A DNA stretch of 64,000 nucleotides from Ignavibacteriota bacterium (GCA_016218045.1 JACRFB010000010.1:8101-72100), one strand, 5' to 3'. Counted from the first letter of the stretch, positions 27,084-38,205 are shown. The notes: generated by a model not told the origin, from the letters alone. Program-made: numbers and translations.

Positions 27084-29033
27084 TCAACCGAAGGTGACAA
27101 GCTTCGGATTCGTGTCCATCGTGACTTCCATGAAGACGCGGGTCACAACGATGGCAGTGTACATCGAACAGAGGATACCGATCATCAGCGTCAGCGCAAA
27201 ACCCTGAACGGGACCGCTGCCCAACTGGTACAGGATGATACACGTGATGAGCGTGGTTAGGTTCGAGTCGATGATGGCGGGCATGGCGCGTGAATATCCC
27301 GCGTCGAGAGCGGCGCGCAGCGTCTTGCCCGTGCCCGCTTCTTCGCGGATACGCTCGTTGATGAGCACGTTCGCGTCCACAGCCATACCGACAGTGAGCA
27401 GCATACCTGCAATGCCTGGAAGAGTCAGTGTCGCGTTGAATGCCGCAAGCACGCCGAGGATAAACACCATGTTGAAGAGCACCGCGACATCGGCGGTGAA
27501 ACCGGCGTACTGGTAGTAGATGAGCATGAAGAACATGACCAAGCCGACGCCGATGAGGAAGGAGTTGATACCGGCGTTGATCGAGTCCTCGCCGAGCGAC
27601 GGACCGACGGTGCGCTCTTCGATAATATCGACGGGGGCGGGAAGCGCACCGGCCTTGAGCACGATCTCGAGCAGGCGGGCTTCATCCATATTGTCCATAC
27701 CCTCGATCATCGAATTGCCGCCGATGATTTTCTGGCGGACGTTCGGCGCCGAGAAAACGGCGTCGTCGAGCGCGATGGCAATTTGTTTGCCGACGTTTTC
27801 ACCGGTGACACGCGCCCATTCGCGCGCGCCTTCCGTGTTCATTTCCATGGTCACGATCGCGCCGCCAAAACCTTCCTGGCTCATCTGCGCGCGCGCGTCG
27901 GTGATGACTTCACCGGTCAGTTCCGGCTCGGCCTTGAGGGCGTAAAACTCGTAGAAGTCGGTGGTGTTGCCGTCCTGTGTCTGCAGCTTCTGCGATTTGG
28001 CGCTCCAGGCGAACTGCAGATCCGACGGGATAAGACGACGCACATCCGGTCGCGAAAGGATGCGGTTGATACGGTCGCGGTTCTGCGCGGGGGCGAGTAG
28101 CTGCACGGCGCCGTTCTCGAATTGACGCGAGGAGAAGAGGATTGTGAACGGCATTTCCTTCTGCGCGCGTGCAAGCGCGGTGTCCTTCGGCGCGGCTGCG
28201 GAATCCTTGCGCTTGGCGCTGTCGGCGGCGGCAATCGTCTTTGTGGTGTCGCCCTTGACGCTGTCGGCCTTTGCGGTGCTGGCCGTGTCGAGCAATGTAT
28301 TGATGTCCGAGCCGGAGAGAAGCTTGTTGATGTTGTCCATGGTGGACTGAATCAGCTTCGGCTCCGCAAGCAGCTTGAATTCGAGCTGGGCCGTCTCCTG
28401 AATGAGCTGACGCACTTCGCGTTCATTGCTCACGCCGGGAAGTTCGAGGATGATACGGCGGCTGCCCGAACGCGTGATCGACACTTCGGATACGCCGTAC
28501 TTGTCGATTCGGTTCCGGATGATCTCCATGGCGCGGTCGACGGCCTTGTCGGACTCGTCCTGCAGCATGGCGATGATCTCGTCGTTCGAGCTTCGAAGTT
28601 CCCCGTAGTAGCGGCTCAGGCGCTGATTGCGCTCGGCAAACTTGCGTTTGAAGATGTCGAGTATCGATTCCTCGCTCTCGGCCGCTTCCTTCGTTGTCTC
28701 TTCCAGAATCTGGCGCAGGTTCTCGTCCTTGTTCCGCGCGATTTTGTCGAGCATCTGCGCGATGTTCACCTCGAGCGTCACGTACATGCCGCCCTGAAGA
28801 TCGAGGCCGAGTTTAATGCGTTTCTCGCGCGCGTTGCGAATGCTCTCTTCGTTATCGTCGAGATACTTCGTGCTGTCCTCGCCACGCAGACCGAGCAAGG
28901 TGTCCTGATGTTGGGAGTCCGTCCAGGTGGGATACAGGAAATATCCCGTCAAGGCGAGAAACGCCACGATCAAAATGATGCGAAACCGGTTTTTCTTCAC
29001 GGCCTGTCGGACCTCCGTCAACATGGAAAACAC
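27084..29033 (-). CDS. secD: Protein-export membrane protein SecD
   Basis: N-terminal TM, large periplasmic domain, C-terminal six-TM SecD domain (LGLDLQGG, GPSLGEDSI). Confidence 0.9.
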   Translation of the reverse strand: MFSMLTEVRQAVKKNRFRIILIVAFLALTGYFLYPTWTDSQHQDTLLGLRGEDSTKYLDDNEESIRNAREKRIKLGLDLQGGMYVTLEVNIAQMLDKIARNKDENLRQILEETTKEAAESEESILDIFKRKFAERNQRLSRYYGELRSSNDEIIAMLQDESDKAVDRAMEIIRNRIDKYGVSEVSITRSGSRRIILELPGVSNEREVRQLIQETAQLEFKLLAEPKLIQSTMDNINKLLSGSDINTLLDTASTAKADSVKGDTTKTIAAADSAKRKDSAAAPKDTALARAQKEMPFTILFSSRQFENGAVQLLAPAQNRDRINRILSRPDVRRLIPSDLQFAWSAKSQKLQTQDGNTTDFYEFYALKAEPELTGEVITDARAQMSQEGFGGAIVTMEMNTEGAREWARVTGENVGKQIAIALDDAVFSAPNVRQKIIGGNSMIEGMDNMDEARLLEIVLKAGALPAPVDIIEERTVGPSLGEDSINAGINSFLIGVGLVMFFMLIYYQYAGFTADVAVLFNMVFILGVLAAFNATLTLPGIAGMLLTVGMAVDANVLINERIREEAGTGKTLRAALDAGYSRAMPAIIDSNLTTLITCIILYQLGSGPVQGFALTLMIGILCSMYTAIVVTRVFMEVTMDTNPKLVTFG

Positions 29034-29121
29034 TAATTGCGCTGTAATTTCCGCGCAAATTCGTTCAGGACATCAAATATAGAAACGCGGCGATTCAAAG
29101 TCAAACGGCCGCGGGGTCTTG

Positions 29122-29637
29122 TCATTTCCTGGATCCGTGGATGAATCCGCGGTAGAGATTCGCGTGATGCGCCGACATCATCGCCTGCGGGTCGATCGCG
29201 TCGACGATGGAACGGAACTCGCGCACCCGGCCGCGCCGTATCAGCGACATGATGATGGGCATTCCCCCGCTGCCCCCCTCGCCCGGGACGATCGTGACAC
29301 CGAACTTATTCAACCGCAGTGTATTGGCGATTGTGTCGGTTGCGGTGCGCGAAATCACGTGCACCTGCACGAACCCCAGCGCCAGCTTCTCTTCAATGAA
29401 GATGCCGAGAAAGGTGCCTGTCGCAAAGCCCGCCCCGTAGCCGAGCAGATTCCACAGATTATCGAGCTGCGAAAACACCTGCCGTATCGCCACGGCCCAG
29501 ATCATGACTTCAAAAAATCCGATGAGTGATGCCGGCCATTTTTTACCCTGGACGGTGAACATGGTGCGTATGGTGCCCATCGAGACGTCGCAGATACGAA
29601 GACCGAAGATGAGCAGGGCGGAAAGGAAGATGTCCAT
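29122..29637 (-). CDS. UPF0316/YitT-like membrane protein with a C-terminal DUF2179 domain
   Basis: Three or four N-terminal TM helices followed by TIVPGEGGSGGMPIIMSLIRRGRVREFRSIVDAIDPQAMM (DUF2179-like). The start is taken at ATG 29637 (MDIFLSA). Confidence 0.55.
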   Translation of the reverse strand: MDIFLSALLIFGLRICDVSMGTIRTMFTVQGKKWPASLIGFFEVMIWAVAIRQVFSQLDNLWNLLGYGAGFATGTFLGIFIEEKLALGFVQVHVISRTATDTIANTLRLNKFGVTIVPGEGGSGGMPIIMSLIRRGRVREFRSIVDAIDPQAMMSAHHANLYRGFIHGSRK

Positions 29638-29824
29638 AGGAAGGAATGTGGTGGATATATTCGGCGAAAGGCATGCAGCAGCCACCGTCGTAACTGTTCC
29701 AAACATATCATTATTTCCGCATTCATTCGCGTTCGGGCACTACGCATTCCATGGTCGGGTTTGTTAGTCCCACAGCTTCGCGATACTTTCGCAGAAATCT
29801 TCCAGCGCAAAATCGAGATACCAA

Positions 29825-31324
29825 ATGCTGAAATCGCTGTTCGCCCGCAAGCCTCTCCATGTGCTCTTGGAGGAAATGCACAGTGAAAACCGCCTCCGTA
29901 GAATCCTGGGTCCGGTGCAGCTCACCGCCCTGGGTGTTGGCGCCGTGATCGGTGCCGGAATTTTTGTCGCCACCGGCGCCGCCGCGCACAATGTGGCAGG
30001 ACCCTCACTGATGCTCTCGTATGTGGTCGCGGGCATCACCTGCATTTTTGCGGCCTTGTGTTACGCCGAATTTGCATCCATGGTTCCTGTGGCCGGCTCG
30101 GCATATACGTATGCGTATGCGACGCTCGGAGAGTTGTTTGCGTGGATTATCGGATGGGACCTTGTGCTCGAGTATGCGGTGGGCAGCGCCACTGTCGCCA
30201 CGGGATGGTCAGGCTACTTCCAGAATGTCCTGGCCAAGGCCGGGATCGTTCTCCCCGAGCTGCTGCGCGAATCACCCTGGCGCTACGATGCTGTAAGCGG
30301 AACCTTTCTTTCCACCGGTTCGATGATCAACCTGCCCGCCGTGATTATAGTTGCGATCGTGACACTGATCCTCGTCAAAGGAATACAGGAATCGGCGTCA
30401 TTTAATGCTACAATGGTCGGCATCAAGTTGGCTGCGGTGTTGTTCGTCATCGGTGTCGGCGCGTTCTTTATTGAATCGACAAACTGGGAACCCTTCGCGC
30501 CTTTCGGGTGGACCGGCATCAGCTTCTTCGGATTACATGTCGCAGGCGACACGAATCCCACCGGCGCGCCCGTGGGTATGCTTGCCGGAGCCGCCATCAT
30601 TTTCTTTGCCTACATCGGTTTCGATTCCGTTTCCACACACACCGAGGAGGCGAAAAATCCGCAGCGGGATGTTCCCGTCGGCATCATCGCGTCACTATTG
30701 ATCTGCACGGTTCTCTACATCGCCGTTGTGGCCGTGCTCACGGGCATGGTTCGTTTTGATCAGCTCGACGTCAACGCCCCCGTTTCGCTCGCGTTCAAAA
30801 CCAAGGGCCTCGGCTGGGCCGAAGGCATCATCGCCGTGGCCGGTGTCGCCGGAATCACATCCGTGCTGCTCGTCATGATGCTCTCGGGACCCCGCGTATT
30901 TCTGGCCATGGCGCGTGACGGCCTGGTGCCCCGATCCATTTTCGGAGTCGTTCATCCGAAATTCAGGACGCCGTGGAAATCCACCATCCTCATCGGAATA
31001 TTCGTCACCGTGCTGGCCGGCTTCCTCCCCATCGACGCCCTGTTGCACCTGACCAACATAGGCACACTCTTCGCGTTTGTCATCGTCTGCGGCGCGGTCC
31101 TGATCATGCGCCGCACGCATCCCGAGGCCGAGCGCCCGTTCCGCGTGCCATGGGTGCCGTTTGTCCCGATCATGGGCATTCTCTCGTGCTCCATGCTCAT
31201 GTTTTCGCTTCCGGTGGACAATTGGTGGCGGCTGTTTATCTGGCTGCTGATCGGCTTTGTGATCTACTTCACCTACGGGCGCAGGCACAGCATCATGGCG
31301 AAGATGCGCGGAGAAACGAAATAA
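29825..31324 (+). CDS. APC-superfamily amino acid permease (cationic amino acid transporter-like)
   Basis: 12-TM protein with the APC signature (GAGIFVATG, SAYTYAYATLGE). Confidence 0.85.
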   Translation: MLKSLFARKPLHVLLEEMHSENRLRRILGPVQLTALGVGAVIGAGIFVATGAAAHNVAGPSLMLSYVVAGITCIFAALCYAEFASMVPVAGSAYTYAYATLGELFAWIIGWDLVLEYAVGSATVATGWSGYFQNVLAKAGIVLPELLRESPWRYDAVSGTFLSTGSMINLPAVIIVAIVTLILVKGIQESASFNATMVGIKLAAVLFVIGVGAFFIESTNWEPFAPFGWTGISFFGLHVAGDTNPTGAPVGMLAGAAIIFFAYIGFDSVSTHTEEAKNPQRDVPVGIIASLLICTVLYIAVVAVLTGMVRFDQLDVNAPVSLAFKTKGLGWAEGIIAVAGVAGITSVLLVMMLSGPRVFLAMARDGLVPRSIFGVVHPKFRTPWKSTILIGIFVTVLAGFLPIDALLHLTNIGTLFAFVIVCGAVLIMRRTHPEAERPFRVPWVPFVPIMGILSCSMLMFSLPVDNWWRLFIWLLIGFVIYFTYGRRHSIMAKMRGETK

Positions 31325-31398
31325 CACGGCGCGCAGTACGTCTCGCCGCTGACCCGCGGTATTGGCGTCCATCACAATCCTGAGGTACCGCGCGTGTA

Positions 31399-33591
31399 TT
31401 ACTCCGCGCTTTGCTCCATCATGCCGAGTATGCGCCGCGCGTCGAGCGCCTCGGGTGATGCAGGTGCATGGGTGATGCAGTCGCGCAGATAACGCTGCGA
31501 CGCCACGCGGTCGTTACGAACCTCGAACGCGAGTTTCGCGGCCTCGATGTACGCGGGGGGATACACCCCGGGCGCGAGGGCCAATGAACGTTCGTACAGC
31601 GGCAGCGCGCGATCGACGGCGCCTCCGGCCGCCTGCACACGCGCGGCTGCAAGTGACAGAGCAGCGTCGCCGCAGCGTGTCGGATCCACCGCGGTGGCGG
31701 ACCGCTCGGCGCGCTGCGCGGGCGTGAGTCCGGATTCCAACAATGCCGAGACCAGAGCGGCTTCCCTCCAGTTTGGGAACACGGTGGAAAAATGCGCCAC
31801 TGAGTTCTGTGCGAGTGCTGCGTCGCCTGTCTGGGAAGCGGAGAGCAGTACACGCGCGACGAGTTCCCTCGGTGAACTTTCATCTTCCGCGGGTTGCAGC
31901 GTTGTGTGCCCTATGCGTTCCTCGATCTGGTCAAGGAACCGTGTGTACGACTGGCGGCGCAGCGCCGGATCACGAACGAGCATCACGGCATTCGCAAGTT
32001 TGTCGTCGGTGTTTTTTAAAAGATGTCCCGTGGCCAGCATCCCGAAGAGTGCGTCGATCTCCTGTTCCTGCCTACCCGACTGATGCGCGTATGTGCGCAG
32101 GATGTCGTATCCCGTGTACGTATGTACAGCCCGCACAATGCCCTCGTCCATACGCACGATTTTCTCGAAGCGTCGCGCGTCTGCGTCGTGTGATGCATCG
32201 AAGGCCACATTGACACGTATCCACATATAGAGTGTGAACAGGGCGGCACCGGCCAATATCGGCAAGATGCGGTACAGATTTACATCGCCCTGCTCCCGAA
32301 GCTGGGTCAGGACAACCGCACACAGAAATATGAGAGAAAACACCGGGGCTGTCATCAGATCCCAATCCCGGGCTAGTCCGAGAAACGCATCCCCGCATGC
32401 GATAAAAAACAGCCCTCCCCCCGCGGCAACGAGCGCAAACAGCACGAGCGGCGAGCGCCAGGGTACACGCTTTCGCGCAGTTATCGTCACCCCGATGAGC
32501 ACCGCGCTGAACACACCCGCGATGAGGACGATACTGTTGAGAATGTCGAGCAGATGCGACAGTGAGAGGAGTGTGTACGCATGTCCATAGGAATCCCCCG
32601 CTGTGAGCGGGATCAGGACATCCGGCAGCAAACCCGCCGCGCGTAGAAAATATCCACCGATGACGGCCGCGACTATCAGTACACACAGCAGTAACGCCGC
32701 CCTGGCTAGAGGGACGGGCCCGTGCTCTCCGCGGAATCTCCAATGAAGGAGCAGCAGATACGACGGGACAAAAACGAGGGACGGAAGCGCAAACGCCGCT
32801 GCGGCCAGCAGCAGAAGTCCGGGTGCGAAGACGGACCCGTTCAGCCGCAGTGCCCTCCATGACGCGAGGAAATATGCGATTGTGAGCGCGTAAGAGAGCG
32901 CGTACAACTCGACGTACGTCAGGAACAGCAGTGTGCCCGCGCCGAATATTGCCGCAACCGAAAGCAGCATACTAATATCGCGTTTCTCGTGGCGAAGGTT
33001 TGTGAACAGCGAAAGGACAACGATACCAAGCCCCGCGGCGCCGAAAACAGTAAACGGGAGACGCACGTTGTCGGAGTGCAGCCAGAGTGTGAGCACGCGC
33101 AGGCACTCGCCTGTGAGCCACGAGCTCGGTTTCAAGAAGGCGGGATGGAAATCGGGTGCGGCGAGCAGCCGGTACACTTCGCCTGCATAGTATGATCCGT
33201 CACCGAGAAACGCGTAGGCCACCTGCAGGTGTGTCGAGAGGTACATCACACAGGCGGTTGTGGCCACAGCGACAAGCGGGAGGGCACGTTTCCACATGCC
33301 CGCGGCCCGAGGCCGCGCCAGAGCGCCTGCGAGATACTCGTACACAGCCGGAACACGCAATAACAGTATGAGGACAAAAACAGCGGTGTCCCAGACGTTG
33401 AATCCCAGGTATCTACCGAAATTGATCCCCCAAAGCCGGCCTTCGACAGTGTTTTGGAAGAGCATCAACGCCGTGAGAAATGCGAAGGACGCATCGAGCG
33501 CTGCTTTCTGACTCGCTGGGTGCGCGGGCGTAAGGGCTGCATCGTGCGGTACGGGTGAAACGGGCGGGCGGAGTATTTTTTTTGTCGCCAT
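31399..33591 (-). CDS. Large polytopic membrane protein (at least 12 TM) with a C-terminal soluble TPR-like domain; function unknown
   Basis: Hydropathy by eye; C-terminal helical repeats (ALPLYERSLALAPGVYPPAYIEAAKLAF). The start is taken at ATG 33591 (MATKKIL). Confidence 0.5.
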   Translation of the reverse strand: MATKKILRPPVSPVPHDAALTPAHPASQKAALDASFAFLTALMLFQNTVEGRLWGINFGRYLGFNVWDTAVFVLILLLRVPAVYEYLAGALARPRAAGMWKRALPLVAVATTACVMYLSTHLQVAYAFLGDGSYYAGEVYRLLAAPDFHPAFLKPSSWLTGECLRVLTLWLHSDNVRLPFTVFGAAGLGIVVLSLFTNLRHEKRDISMLLSVAAIFGAGTLLFLTYVELYALSYALTIAYFLASWRALRLNGSVFAPGLLLLAAAAFALPSLVFVPSYLLLLHWRFRGEHGPVPLARAALLLCVLIVAAVIGGYFLRAAGLLPDVLIPLTAGDSYGHAYTLLSLSHLLDILNSIVLIAGVFSAVLIGVTITARKRVPWRSPLVLFALVAAGGGLFFIACGDAFLGLARDWDLMTAPVFSLIFLCAVVLTQLREQGDVNLYRILPILAGAALFTLYMWIRVNVAFDASHDADARRFEKIVRMDEGIVRAVHTYTGYDILRTYAHQSGRQEQEIDALFGMLATGHLLKNTDDKLANAVMLVRDPALRRQSYTRFLDQIEERIGHTTLQPAEDESSPRELVARVLLSASQTGDAALAQNSVAHFSTVFPNWREAALVSALLESGLTPAQRAERSATAVDPTRCGDAALSLAAARVQAAGGAVDRALPLYERSLALAPGVYPPAYIEAAKLAFEVRNDRVASQRYLRDCITHAPASPEALDARRILGMMEQSAE

Positions 33592-33888
33592 CGGCGTTCG
33601 CGAGAGGTGGAGAACGCAATGTAAAAAAAATCGCGGAACCGCCTGCGGCTTAGCGCGGTAAGCGCCGCACGTCATGCCCTGCGACGTGCCGGACCGGCTG
33701 CGGGCTGCCCCTCTCCCTGCGTTGACACAGCGGCCGCAAAAAATGTTGTATGCGTAGAATTGACGATGCTAAAATCGGACATGCGTTGCCCTATATCAAC
33801 TGTACATCTGTACAGAAAACGGAACCGATTCCATACAAAGCAGCAGCGCCCCGGAATCCGGGGCGCTGTGCAGGAAAACTGTGTTGGA

Positions 33889-34416
33889 TCAGAGATAGAA
33901 TATCGCGCCCACGGCACCGGTGAAGAGACTGAGCGTGTTGGTCGTGGTCTTCGTGGTCTGCGTTCCAACGGTGGTTTCGACGGCATTCATGTCGTAGTCG
34001 AGACCCACCTGGCCGAAGATGGCAACCTTTTTCACGATGGACGCCTGGCCGCCGACAAGCAGGCTGATTCCAGTGATTGTGTGATGCTCGTGCGGCTTCG
34101 AATAACGAAACGCAAGGCCGATGAACGGATCAACGTCCTTGTCCGCGAGGAAGTACTTGCCTCCGATGAGGAAGCCGAGCGACGACTCACTCTCCGGCTT
34201 GACTGCCGGCTCCGGGTCGATTGTCTGCGATGTGCTCGTATAGCCGATGCCGAACTGCAGACTGATATTCGTGGTCGCCGTGTACACAAATTTCGCCATG
34301 GTGGCCCGGTCCGAAAATTCAGCGCCGATGCCGAGGCAGTTCGGATCGAGCTGGGCAAAGGCCGCCGAGCCGCTGAGAAACATCACTGCTGCCACAACGA
34401 GAATGGAACGCTTCAT
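33889..34416 (-). CDS. Small outer-membrane beta-barrel protein (OmpA-like/OmpW-like barrel, PF13505-like)
   Basis: Signal peptide MKRSILVVAAVMFLSGSAAFAQ, alternating amphipathic beta strands, C-terminal aromatic residue (…GAIFYL). Confidence 0.6.
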   Translation of the reverse strand: MKRSILVVAAVMFLSGSAAFAQLDPNCLGIGAEFSDRATMAKFVYTATTNISLQFGIGYTSTSQTIDPEPAVKPESESSLGFLIGGKYFLADKDVDPFIGLAFRYSKPHEHHTITGISLLVGGQASIVKKVAIFGQVGLDYDMNAVETTVGTQTTKTTTNTLSLFTGAVGAIFYL

Positions 34417-34622
34417 GAGTACCTCCTGTATGGTGTGTGGGACATGCGCGCCCCTGGCGGGGACGCACGATCAAGAGGAAGGCCGCCGCTCATGCGGAGG
34501 TCCATCCCGGCTATAATGATCTGACTATGTCCGAAATGTACTTTCCCGAAAAGGCAAAATCAAGACCGGAGCGCCCCGTTTCTACCTGACGCGGCTGAAT
34601 GATCTCCGCGGGAAAACGCGGA

Positions 34623-35741
34623 TCAACGCACGACGAGCAGACGGCTTTCCGCGTGCACGAGGTTGCCGGACACGAAACGGCACATGTATGCGCCCGAAGG
34701 AAGCGGCGGCAGCGGCATGGACGTCATCCCGGCGGCGACCTGCCACCGTCCGACCTCGCGACCATACAGATCCGAAAGCAGCAGCTCGCCCTGCCCGCTT
34801 CCATCGAGGGCGATGGTCGCGATCGAACCGACCCGCACGGGCGTGGGATACACGTCGAGCCGTGTCTGATGTTCGGTGATCCCGGCTTCGCTGATCGCGG
34901 ACGGACCATCCGTCGCTCTGCGGCTTGCGGAATTGATCACGGCACGCTTCTTTGCATCGGCGTCGTAATACGACACGAAGGCAACGACGTCAAGCGCCTC
35001 GATGTTCCATGCGGCTGCGAGCGGAATGTTCTGGAATGTGTACGTGTACGTCCCTGTGCCGGGTGCGGAGGGAAACACACCCGTCAGCCCCCACGCGCCC
35101 GAAGGAACCGCCCGAAGCACGCGTTTGTGTGAATATCCGACAATCGGATCGCCTTTCTTGTAATAAGGATGACCCGGCGTCCCGTTGAAATAATTCGTCT
35201 GATCGTACCCCTTCCCGACGCCGCTCACGCTGTCTTCCACGATGTACAGATTCAGGCGCAGATCGCCCGGCGCAGGAGCGCTCACAAACTGTATCACGAC
35301 GGTGCACGAGATGCTGCGCGCGGAGCGGTTCAACGTGTTCTGCAGCGTGATGGCGGTTACCGGAGCGTCACCGAGATGCGCGGTGCAGACCGAATCCCAC
35401 TTCTGGCGCGACACCGCGATGAAGGGCGGCCGTGTGTACACGGGGATGGGATGGTCGCCGCGGTCGATGCAGGCGCCTGGCGCAAAATCTGTAAACGCCG
35501 ATGCGATGGCCTTGCTCTCCGCCACGGTCATCGAATCGGTTCCGAAACCCGCATGATGGGTGACCCAGATGACCTGCGGATGATCAGCCACCAGCTTCTC
35601 CGCAATCACATCGCCGTCGGGACAAAAACCGCAGGGCGCTGTCGAGAACTCCTCGAGCAGGATACGCTTCACAGGGCCCTGCGCGTTCATCTTCCACACA
35701 CAAAGAAGCGCGACCAGGACGAGGAATAGGACGTTTTTCAT
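34623..35741 (-). CDS. Secreted protein with an N-terminal thioredoxin-like/Omp28-like domain (CGFCP) and a T9SS C-terminal sorting domain
   Basis: Signal peptide; CxxC motif CGFCPDG; C-terminal VYPTPVRVGS...LLLSDLYGREVGRW...GAYMCRFVSGN resembles the T9SS CTD. Confidence 0.5.
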   Translation of the reverse strand: MKNVLFLVLVALLCVWKMNAQGPVKRILLEEFSTAPCGFCPDGDVIAEKLVADHPQVIWVTHHAGFGTDSMTVAESKAIASAFTDFAPGACIDRGDHPIPVYTRPPFIAVSRQKWDSVCTAHLGDAPVTAITLQNTLNRSARSISCTVVIQFVSAPAPGDLRLNLYIVEDSVSGVGKGYDQTNYFNGTPGHPYYKKGDPIVGYSHKRVLRAVPSGAWGLTGVFPSAPGTGTYTYTFQNIPLAAAWNIEALDVVAFVSYYDADAKKRAVINSASRRATDGPSAISEAGITEHQTRLDVYPTPVRVGSIATIALDGSGQGELLLSDLYGREVGRWQVAAGMTSMPLPPLPSGAYMCRFVSGNLVHAESRLLVVR

Positions 35742-35829
35742 GGGACCTCCGGAGTGGGCTGCGTGGCTTCATGGAAATGTACACAGCATTCACTCCTGGT
35801 GGAACAACAAAGCGGACCCTCGACGTCTG

Positions 35830-38205
35830 CTATTGCCTCATGCCCCGCGTGACGCTGACGCCGTCGGCCGTCGAGAGGCGCAGGAAGAACATCCGCGCGG
35901 CACTGCCCGGCCTCGGACTGATCGCAACGGTATGCCTTCCCGCGGGCAGGTGGCTGTCGAGAAGCACCGCTTCACGGATGCCCAGCACATCGAATTGTTC
36001 CAGCAGAACGGATCCGGCCCGGGGCAGATCCATCACCGCGCTCAGGCCGCCGCCCGCTGCGTCCGAAATGATCTGCAACAATATCGGACTGCTTGCTCCT
36101 TTTTGTTCCACCGCGGTGGTGTTCCGTCTGAGGAACCAGGGCACCGTTGTGGAATCGGTGCGGAAAAAGTCGAGCAGCAGGCGGGCGACCTTGGCCCGGC
36201 CTGTTTCCGAAGGATGCGTCCCGTCTTGGATAAAATCTTCGCGCACGTAAAACAGGCCGTTGTCGCTTCGCGGATTCGGTCCGTCGGCCCACAGATACGG
36301 CCCCCATGCCAGCCACGGCGCGCGCGGAGCGGTCCCGGTATACACGAGCGCGGTGTCGCCGTCTATCTGTTTCTGCACCAGCCATTTCACGCTGAACCCG
36401 GATTCGTAGGCGTAGGGTTCGGGATTGAGCTGCGTCGTTGCGTACCCGCCATACGTTCTGCTCGAAAGGTACAGCAGGCGCACGTTCGGGTATTTCCGGG
36501 GAAGGAGGCGCACTATGGCTTCGATGTCGTCCTGCAGCATGGTGGCATGTACGGGAAAGACCTGCGTCGGCGCGATGTTCGCCTGCTTGAGCCAAACGAC
36601 CTGGACCTGCGCGGGCGTGAGACGGCGCGATGGCAATCGCTGCTCGTTGATGATACGCCAGTAGTCGGCGTTGGGATCCCGGATGATGGAGGCGGTTTGC
36701 CCCGACTGCGCGCCGCTTACCACGACGAGATTCGGATTCTTCATCTGGAACGTGTCGACCACATTTTCGAACACGGCGTACTCCTGCCCCGTGTTCGACA
36801 TGCCGATGGACATGAGTCCGATCTTTCCGTTTACCGGATCGGGCCTGCCGAGCGAGTCGAGCGGTGTGATGGCGTGTGCCAGCGCGCGGCCCGCGGTCTC
36901 ATGCGCCGATGGACGCTGATTTGTGCCGTCGGGATAGAGTCCGCCTCCAAAGTTCTTGTATGTGCTCCTCCCCATCTCGGTGATAGGCACGGCGCTGAAC
37001 AACTGCAGTGGTGCGAGTGTCAACAAACGCGGATCGCTCCACGCGCCCCACCCTTTTGCATTGCGCGCCTGCACGCGCCAGATCAGTTCGCGGCCACGTG
37101 GCAATTGTGCGGTGGTGAATGTCGTGTCGATGCGTGAAGAATCGGCAAACAGGGGTCGGGCAAACCCGGCGCTGTCCGCTATCTCGATGCGGTACCATGT
37201 GACCTGTGGCTGTGAACGGCGCCACACAAAACGCGCGGTGTCGGACGCGAGTATTGTTCCGTGAGCGGGTGACACGAGTTGTACCTTGTCCGGTACTTCT
37301 GTGACGCCGGATCCGCCGCGGCCGTCCCAGCCCGCAATCCGCGCCATCAGCACCCAGAACGCCTTGGCGACGCGTATCCCACCAGCCGAAATCGAACCCA
37401 GATGACCGCCGTCGGTTTCGGTTGTGTACTGCGGACAAATTGCAGGGATGTCGAGACCGTCGTCAGGATAATTTTCTGTGAGGAAGGCCACTCCGTCGCG
37501 GTTGTCGAAACATGGCGCGCCCGCCGGTGTGTGCGAGAGAATGTCGGCCACATCGAAGAGGACGAGGTTGTAATTCCGCGCGTAGTCACGCATCGCAGTG
37601 TTGAAGGCCTGCGATTCGGGACTCCCTATTCCGCGGGCGAGCGAGGTGGTCCACCATATCACCGTCTTCTGCGGATGCCGCGCGGCAAACGCCGTGTAAC
37701 TCGTGGCAGTGCCACGATCGGTGCGTGTGCCGAAAAATCCGTCTATGGGGTGTATGATGTTCGCGCCGGGCATGACGGCCAGATAGCTGAACTGGAATCC
37801 CACCACATCGAAGGAATCGATGCGTGGCTCGATAAAGTTCACGAAGCAGTTGGCGTCTTCGGAACATCCCGAAGGCCAGAACTCGTATCGCCAACGGCGG
37901 CGGTCCCAGGTGCCGTTCCAATACACTTCCGACGGTGCGACAGCGTACGCCGAATCGCGGTGCTGATATCTCTTGCACGAATTGGGGGCGTTGGACCAGG
38001 GCACCGACAGGCAATTCAGCGCGTCCGATATGTTTCCGCCCACGGAGCGGTCCATAAAAAGCATACGAAGATTCTGTGCGGCGTCACGGTACTGCGCGGG
38101 GATGCTGTCGAACAGCGCGACATCCCGATGGTCGACCAGGATACGCTGCGCGTGTACTGCCTGGACACTCGCCGCAACCATAAGAACAATCACGAGTCTT
38201 TTCAT
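35830..38205 (-). CDS. Large secreted multidomain protein: two hydrolase-like domains (the second SGNH/GDSL-like), a central FN3-like domain and a T9SS C-terminal sorting domain
   Basis: Start ATG 38205 (MKRLVIVLMVAASVQAVHAQ signal peptide). FN3-like VQLVSPAHGTILASDTARFVWRR...WYRIEIADSAGF. C-terminal LLLQIISDAAGGGLSAVMDLPRAGSVLLEQFDVLGIREA... is CTD-like. Catalytic class not established. Confidence 0.55.
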   Translation of the reverse strand: MKRLVIVLMVAASVQAVHAQRILVDHRDVALFDSIPAQYRDAAQNLRMLFMDRSVGGNISDALNCLSVPWSNAPNSCKRYQHRDSAYAVAPSEVYWNGTWDRRRWRYEFWPSGCSEDANCFVNFIEPRIDSFDVVGFQFSYLAVMPGANIIHPIDGFFGTRTDRGTATSYTAFAARHPQKTVIWWTTSLARGIGSPESQAFNTAMRDYARNYNLVLFDVADILSHTPAGAPCFDNRDGVAFLTENYPDDGLDIPAICPQYTTETDGGHLGSISAGGIRVAKAFWVLMARIAGWDGRGGSGVTEVPDKVQLVSPAHGTILASDTARFVWRRSQPQVTWYRIEIADSAGFARPLFADSSRIDTTFTTAQLPRGRELIWRVQARNAKGWGAWSDPRLLTLAPLQLFSAVPITEMGRSTYKNFGGGLYPDGTNQRPSAHETAGRALAHAITPLDSLGRPDPVNGKIGLMSIGMSNTGQEYAVFENVVDTFQMKNPNLVVVSGAQSGQTASIIRDPNADYWRIINEQRLPSRRLTPAQVQVVWLKQANIAPTQVFPVHATMLQDDIEAIVRLLPRKYPNVRLLYLSSRTYGGYATTQLNPEPYAYESGFSVKWLVQKQIDGDTALVYTGTAPRAPWLAWGPYLWADGPNPRSDNGLFYVREDFIQDGTHPSETGRAKVARLLLDFFRTDSTTVPWFLRRNTTAVEQKGASSPILLQIISDAAGGGLSAVMDLPRAGSVLLEQFDVLGIREAVLLDSHLPAGRHTVAISPRPGSAARMFFLRLSTADGVSVTRGMRQ

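Noticed and set aside
33797-33871. TGTACA-N2-TGTACA motif and a GC-rich hairpin (cagcgccccgg-aat-ccggggcgctg) in the 300-nt spacer downstream of the OM beta-barrel gene
   Set aside because: The hairpin lacks a convincing U-tract, and the hexamer pair has no known cognate regulator here. It is probably a weak terminator or incidental; noted but not callable.
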